DNA from: an uncultured Prevotella sp.
GTDB taxonomy: Bacteria; Bacteroidota; Bacteroidia; Bacteroidales; Bacteroidaceae
NCBI GenBank assembly: GCA_900548585.1
Contig: URLI01000001.1
Location: 24,529 to 88,528 of the forward strand
DNA length: 64,000 bases
Direction: 5' to 3'
The notes under the pieces were generated by a model. The model ran no database searches. It had not been told where the DNA came from and saw only the letters and a program-made list of their open reading frames with translations. Each line of letters opens with the position of its first letter. The stretch's first letter is position 1. Of this stretch, positions 59,502 through 64,000 are shown in pieces. Position numbers and translations under genes: made by a program.

Positions 59502-59651
59502 CAGCGCGGCAAGCCACAAAACCGGAGCATTAAGGAATGATTTCCGGCATGGATATGCCGCCCTGAAAGAAATCTGACACACACAACAAAGAGAGGGGGC
59601 GCGCCAGAAATCACCTTACTGGCACGCCCTCCCCGAAAAATCATCCGCCTA

Positions 59652-60218
59652 TCAAATCTTGCCAACGAGATCTATGCTCGGCTTGATGGTCTTGCCGCCC
59701 TTTCTCCACCTGGCGGGGCAAACCTCGCCGTCATGGGTGGCAACGAACTGTGCGGCCTGCACCTTGCGCACGAGCTCGTCTGCGTTGCGCCCGATGTTGT
59801 TGTCCTGGATCTCCGCCACCTTGACCTTTCCCTCCGGGTTAACGAGGAAGGTGCCACGGTAGGCCAGGCCGGCATCCTCGATATACACCCCGAAACCCTT
59901 TGCCAGTGTCCCTATCGGGTCGGCGAGCATCGGGAATTTTATCTTCTTTATGCTTTCCGAAGCATCGTGCCATGCCTTGTGTACGTAATGCGAGTCGCAG
60001 CTCACCGAGAACACCTCCACGCCCATCGCCTTGAGCTCGTCGTATTTCTCGGCGAGGTCAACCAGCTCGGTTGGGCAAACGAAAGTGAAGTCGGCAGGGT
60101 AGAAGAAGAACAGAGCCCACTTGCCCTTGATGTCCTCGTTGCTCACGGTCTTGAACTCACCGTTGTGGAATGCGTTTACTTTAAATTCCGGTACTTGTGC
60201 ATTAATGATTGGTTCCAT
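59652..60218 (-). CDS. ahpC: Alkyl hydroperoxide reductase subunit C
   Basis: FYPADFTFVCPTE and GEVCPA motifs. Confidence 0.96.
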   Translation of the reverse strand: MEPIINAQVPEFKVNAFHNGEFKTVSNEDIKGKWALFFFYPADFTFVCPTELVDLAEKYDELKAMGVEVFSVSCDSHYVHKAWHDASESIKKIKFPMLADPIGTLAKGFGVYIEDAGLAYRGTFLVNPEGKVKVAEIQDNNIGRNADELVRKVQAAQFVATHDGEVCPARWRKGGKTIKPSIDLVGKI

Positions 60219-60268
60219 AATTATATTTATTGTTAGTTTGTTTTGAATTTTTTTCTACTTTTCATTAT

Positions 60269-60853
60269 TCACTTCATCCGGTCTTCAACAACTTCCCAGT
60301 TGATTATAGACCAGATTGCTGCCAGATGATCGGCTCTCCTGTTCTGAAAGTCGAGATAGTAAGCGTGTTCCCACACATCGATTCCCAGCAGCGGGTTCAG
60401 TCCGCCGCGCAGCGGGTTGTCTCCGTTCGCCTCCTGGGTTATGACGAGCCGTCCGTCCCTGTCCTGCGACAGCCATGCCCACCCGGAACCGAAGAGTGTG
60501 GCGGCAGCCTTCGTGAACCGCTCCTTGAACTCCCCGAAGCTCCCGAACGCGGCATTTATGGCATCAGCCACCCTGCCCTTTGGCTCGTTGTTGTCGGCCT
60601 GCGGCATGAACTGCAGGAAATACAGACTGTGGTTGAGTGTCTGCCCGGCGTTGTTATACACCGGCCCTTCCGGTGCCGACTTCACTATTTCTTCCACAGA
60701 CTTGCCCTCGAGCGCAGTGCCCTCGACAAGGCTGTTGGTCGTGTTGACATAATTCTGCAAATGTTTCCCGTAGTGGAAATTTATTGTCTGCTTGCTTATT
60801 ACCGGCTCGAGTGCATCCTCGGCATACGGCAGTCTTGGCATATCTATTTTCAT
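60269..60853 (-). CDS. sod: Fe/Mn superoxide dismutase
   Basis: HYGKH, NH, FGSGWAWL and DVWEHAYY motifs. Confidence 0.96.
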   Translation of the reverse strand: MKIDMPRLPYAEDALEPVISKQTINFHYGKHLQNYVNTTNSLVEGTALEGKSVEEIVKSAPEGPVYNNAGQTLNHSLYFLQFMPQADNNEPKGRVADAINAAFGSFGEFKERFTKAAATLFGSGWAWLSQDRDGRLVITQEANGDNPLRGGLNPLLGIDVWEHAYYLDFQNRRADHLAAIWSIINWEVVEDRMK

Positions 60854-60928
60854 TATCTTGTTGTTTTAAACCTTTACTAATGTTTTCTTATCACAACGCA
60901 AAGATAGGCAACACCTGCCACATTCGCA

Positions 60929-60964
60929 ACAGATAATGTCTATAGTCCAATCGACAAAACCTAT
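60929..60964. promoter_or_regulatory. Putative OxyR binding site
   Basis: ACAG-N7-CTAT-N6-ATCG-N7-CTAT, close to the ATAG-N7-CTAT-N7-ATAG-N7-CTAT consensus; upstream of the sod -7 box. Confidence 0.7.
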
Positions 60965-61168
60965 AACGAGCCATACGGCATTGAAAACCAGCACAATAAA
61001 AATCAACATCTTTTTTGTGGGAAATCATTTTTTGTGGTGACGACAGTCTTTAAACTATTGTCAAGGTGTAGCAGCATGTCATATTCATTATTAAACATTC
61101 TGTGGCAATATGCCGATATTAAGTTTTTTTTTCGTAAGTTTGCAGTGCTATAGAAAGGAACGACATAT

Positions 61169-62095
61169 ATGACACTGCAACAACTGGAATATGTGATGGC
61201 TGTGTTCCGCTACAGGCACTTTGCCAAGGCGGCGGAGCACTGCAACGTGACACAGCCCACCCTTAGCTCGATGGTACAGAAATTAGAGGAAGAACTGGGT
61301 TTGAGGATTTTCGACCGCAGCAGGCAGCCGATAATGCCCACGCAGGCTGGGAAACTCATCATTGAGCAGGCGTGGAGCGTCATGGTGAGGGCAAAGAAAC
61401 TGCGCGATACAGCGGAAGAGCAGAAGAAGTCGGTCACGGGGACGTTCAACATCGGCGTGCTGCCTACGATAGCGCCGTATCTCGTGCCGAGGTTCTTCCC
61501 CAAGATGATTGACGACCACCCGGAGATGGACGTGCGCATCACGGAGATGAAGACTGCCGACATAAAGAAGGCTCTTATGCACGGAGACATCGACGCCGGG
61601 ATATTGGCAAGGATTGATGGTTTGGATGATTTCGTCTGCCACAACCTGTTCTACGAGCAGTTCATGGCATACGTCGCCGCGACCGACCGCCTGACCAACC
61701 TGAGGACAATACGCGTGACCGACCTGAAGGACGAGTTCCTGTGGTTGCTTGACGAGGGGCATTGCTTCCGCGACCAACTGGTGAAGTTCTGCAAACTGGA
61801 AGCGGCATCTATGAGCAAGAAGGCATACAACCTCGGCGGCATAGAGACATTCATGCGAATAGTGGAAAACGGCAAGGGGGTGACGTTCATCCCCGAACTT
61901 GCCACGATGCAGCTCACCGAGAGCCAGATGCGCCTCGTGAAGCCGTTCGCTCACCCCATACCCACCCGCGAACTGGTGTTCATGACGAGCCGCCACTTCA
62001 TCAGGGAAACGCTGCGCGACATTATAATAGAGCGCGTCAGGCGGTCGGTGCCGGCATCGATGCTAACCCTTGCGCGGACAAGCGTGCGGATATAA
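61169..62095 (+). CDS. oxyR: Peroxide-sensing LysR-type regulator
   Basis: LysR HTH; EGHCFRDQLVKFC redox cysteine pair; divergent from sod-ahpC. Confidence 0.93.
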   Translation: MTLQQLEYVMAVFRYRHFAKAAEHCNVTQPTLSSMVQKLEEELGLRIFDRSRQPIMPTQAGKLIIEQAWSVMVRAKKLRDTAEEQKKSVTGTFNIGVLPTIAPYLVPRFFPKMIDDHPEMDVRITEMKTADIKKALMHGDIDAGILARIDGLDDFVCHNLFYEQFMAYVAATDRLTNLRTIRVTDLKDEFLWLLDEGHCFRDQLVKFCKLEAASMSKKAYNLGGIETFMRIVENGKGVTFIPELATMQLTESQMRLVKPFAHPIPTRELVFMTSRHFIRETLRDIIIERVRRSVPASMLTLARTSVRI

Positions 62096-62269
62096 GCCAG
62101 GATATACAATGAAACTCCTGCGTGGAGTGACACTTACCGTTTCGTCTTTTGCCAACCCGTCCCCCGGCAGCACAAGCCGCTTGCCGGCATCTCAGACCAG
62201 GTTGTAATTTTGCTGAAGCCATCGCGCCACCGTCAACGGCTCTTCCCTCATCAGTTTTCCAACGCGCCC

Positions 62270-63706
62270 CTAATTGGAATTCACGGAATGTGCGCCTTTT
62301 CCGCCCAACCACAGTCCGGCGAAAGTCATCGCGCCGTTCAGCATCAGCAGTTCATAGCCGAAATGATAGCCGGTTGCGGCGCCCACCGCCTTGTCTATGG
62401 CGAAACAGAGCAGCGGCGACGCCACGGCGACGTATGGCACGATGCGGTTGTTCACCGTGTGGCGCGTGAGCAGCCCGAAGGCAAACAGCCCGAGCAGCGG
62501 TCCGTAGGTGTATGAGCAAAGCACGTATATGGCATCTATCACCGACGAACTGCCCACTGCGTCCACGGCAAGGATTATGACGGCGAAGATTGCCGCCAGC
62601 GCGAGATGTGCCCTCCGGCGCAGCCGCTCATCGTCATGACTCCCGCGTATATCCACGCAGTAACTCGTCGTCATGGCTGTAAGTGCCGAGTCGGCCGAGC
62701 TGAACGATGCCGCCACTATGCCTATTGTGAACAGCACCACCACCGAGTTGCCCAGCCGTCCCGAGGCGGCAAACATGGGCAGAAGTTCGTCGCCCTTCCC
62801 TGGCAGTGGCAGTCCCTCCTTCTGCGCCAGCATCATCAGCATGACGCCGAGCGCCATGAACAGCAGGTTTGCCGGCACGAATGCAAGCCCGTAGGTGCAC
62901 ATGTCCTTCTGCGCCTCGCGCAAAGTCTTGCAGGTGAGGTTCTTCTGCATCATGTCCTGATCCAGCCCCGTCATAACGACAACAATGAATATTCCGCTCA
63001 GGAACTGTTTCCAGAAGTTCTGCTTTGACACCCAGTCGTCAAACACGAACATCCGCGAGTGCTCGTCGGCGGATATTGCGGCAAACGCATCGCCGATGCC
63101 GAACCCAAGCTCGCCCATTACATTATATATAATAAGCAGCAGTGCCGTGAACATGCACGCGGTCTGGAACGTGTCGGTCCACACCAGTGTCTTTATCCCG
63201 CCGCGCCGCGTGTAGAGCCATATAACGGCCACCATCCCCACCACCGTGACAGCAAAAGGCACACCCACCGCAGCGAACACGAAACGGTGCAGGATTATGC
63301 ACACGACATAGAACCTGACCGCCGCGCCGGTCATCTTCGACAATAGGAAGAACCACGCCCCCGTCCTGTACGCTCCCTTGCCGAGCCTGCGGTCGAGGTA
63401 GGTGTATATCGTGGTGAGGTTCATGCGGTAGTACACCGGCAGCAGAATGAACGCCACGGCGACATACCCGAGTATGAAGCCGAGGCACGTCTGCAGGTAT
63501 GTCATCTGCGTTGCCATTACCATTCCCGGCACCGACACGAACGTTATGCCGGATATGCTTGCCCCCACCATGCCGAAGGCGACCATATACCACGGCGACC
63601 GCCGGTTGCCCCGGTAGAATGTGTCGTTGTCAGAATGTCTCGCCGTGATGCGGCTGAACATCATCAGCGCCGCGAGATAGGCAACTATCGTGACGATTAT
63701 TATCAT
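62270..63706 (-). CDS. Sodium:solute symporter
   Basis: SISGITFVSVPG, KTLVWTD, GLDQDMMQK and SSADS motifs. Confidence 0.9.
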   Translation of the reverse strand: MIIIVTIVAYLAALMMFSRITARHSDNDTFYRGNRRSPWYMVAFGMVGASISGITFVSVPGMVMATQMTYLQTCLGFILGYVAVAFILLPVYYRMNLTTIYTYLDRRLGKGAYRTGAWFFLLSKMTGAAVRFYVVCIILHRFVFAAVGVPFAVTVVGMVAVIWLYTRRGGIKTLVWTDTFQTACMFTALLLIIYNVMGELGFGIGDAFAAISADEHSRMFVFDDWVSKQNFWKQFLSGIFIVVVMTGLDQDMMQKNLTCKTLREAQKDMCTYGLAFVPANLLFMALGVMLMMLAQKEGLPLPGKGDELLPMFAASGRLGNSVVVLFTIGIVAASFSSADSALTAMTTSYCVDIRGSHDDERLRRRAHLALAAIFAVIILAVDAVGSSSVIDAIYVLCSYTYGPLLGLFAFGLLTRHTVNNRIVPYVAVASPLLCFAIDKAVGAATGYHFGYELLMLNGAMTFAGLWLGGKGAHSVNSN

Positions 63707-63773
63707 AACAGACAAAGGGGACGGAGATGATTTCTATCCGTCCCTCTGCTCGTTTTCACACCAAAGCCTTGTG

Positions 63774-64000
63774 TTATTTCTTTTCCGGTGCGGCCTGTTT
63801 CTGCGCGCCCTGTGCTGCCGGCGCGGCATTCTGCCCGCTTGTGCCGAAGCCCTGCACGTTGTTAGGGTTGGCCTGCGGTGCCTGTGTCTGTGTGTTCTCC
63901 AGCACGCTCTGGCTGTCTGTTGCCGCCGGCGCAGTCCATGCGCACACGATGCTGAACAGCACCATGCCTATCGCGAGGCCCCATGTCGCCTTCTCTATGA
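63774..64000 (-). CDS. secG: Preprotein translocase SecG, C-terminal part (runs off window end)
   Basis: IEKATWGLAIGMVLFSIV second TM followed by a low-complexity tail. Confidence 0.75.
   Translation of the reverse strand, partial: IEKATWGLAIGMVLFSIVCAWTAPAATDSQSVLENTQTQAPQANPNNVQGFGTSGQNAAPAAQGAQKQAAPEKK

Overview
Chromosomal window from a GC-rich Bacteroidota organism, most likely Prevotellaceae. Support: TAnnTTTG -7 promoter boxes before many genes, tmRNA tag GENNYALAA, and the gene content. Core genes include holA, dnaX, a Nif3/zinc-ribbon pair, agmatine-to-putrescine genes, tsaA, rmuC, rlmN, a degenerate pdxA, sod-ahpC/oxyR, secG, ssrA and tRNA-His. Accessory content: an AT-rich arsenic-resistance island (arsR, arsEFG-like, arsD, arsA, arsC, acr3; arsA broken by one in-frame TAA), an AbiE type IV toxin-antitoxin pair, an ~18 kb Wzx/Wzy polysaccharide locus, two large secreted surface proteins, and an AT-rich islet after tRNA-His (KilA-N, HigBA-like TA, decayed fragments). 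Most notable observations: (1) five intergenic arrays (22 units) of a 17-bp quasi-palindrome at an exact 22-bp period; (2) an aldolase + PLP decarboxylase + class IV aminotransferase cassette inside the polysaccharide locus that may build an unusual branched or aminated sugar; (3) a GT2-DUF4922-SpoIID triple fusion next to an AmpG-like permease; (4) an intact PdxA homologue lacking its metal-binding histidines. All calls come from reading the sequence; no searches were run.
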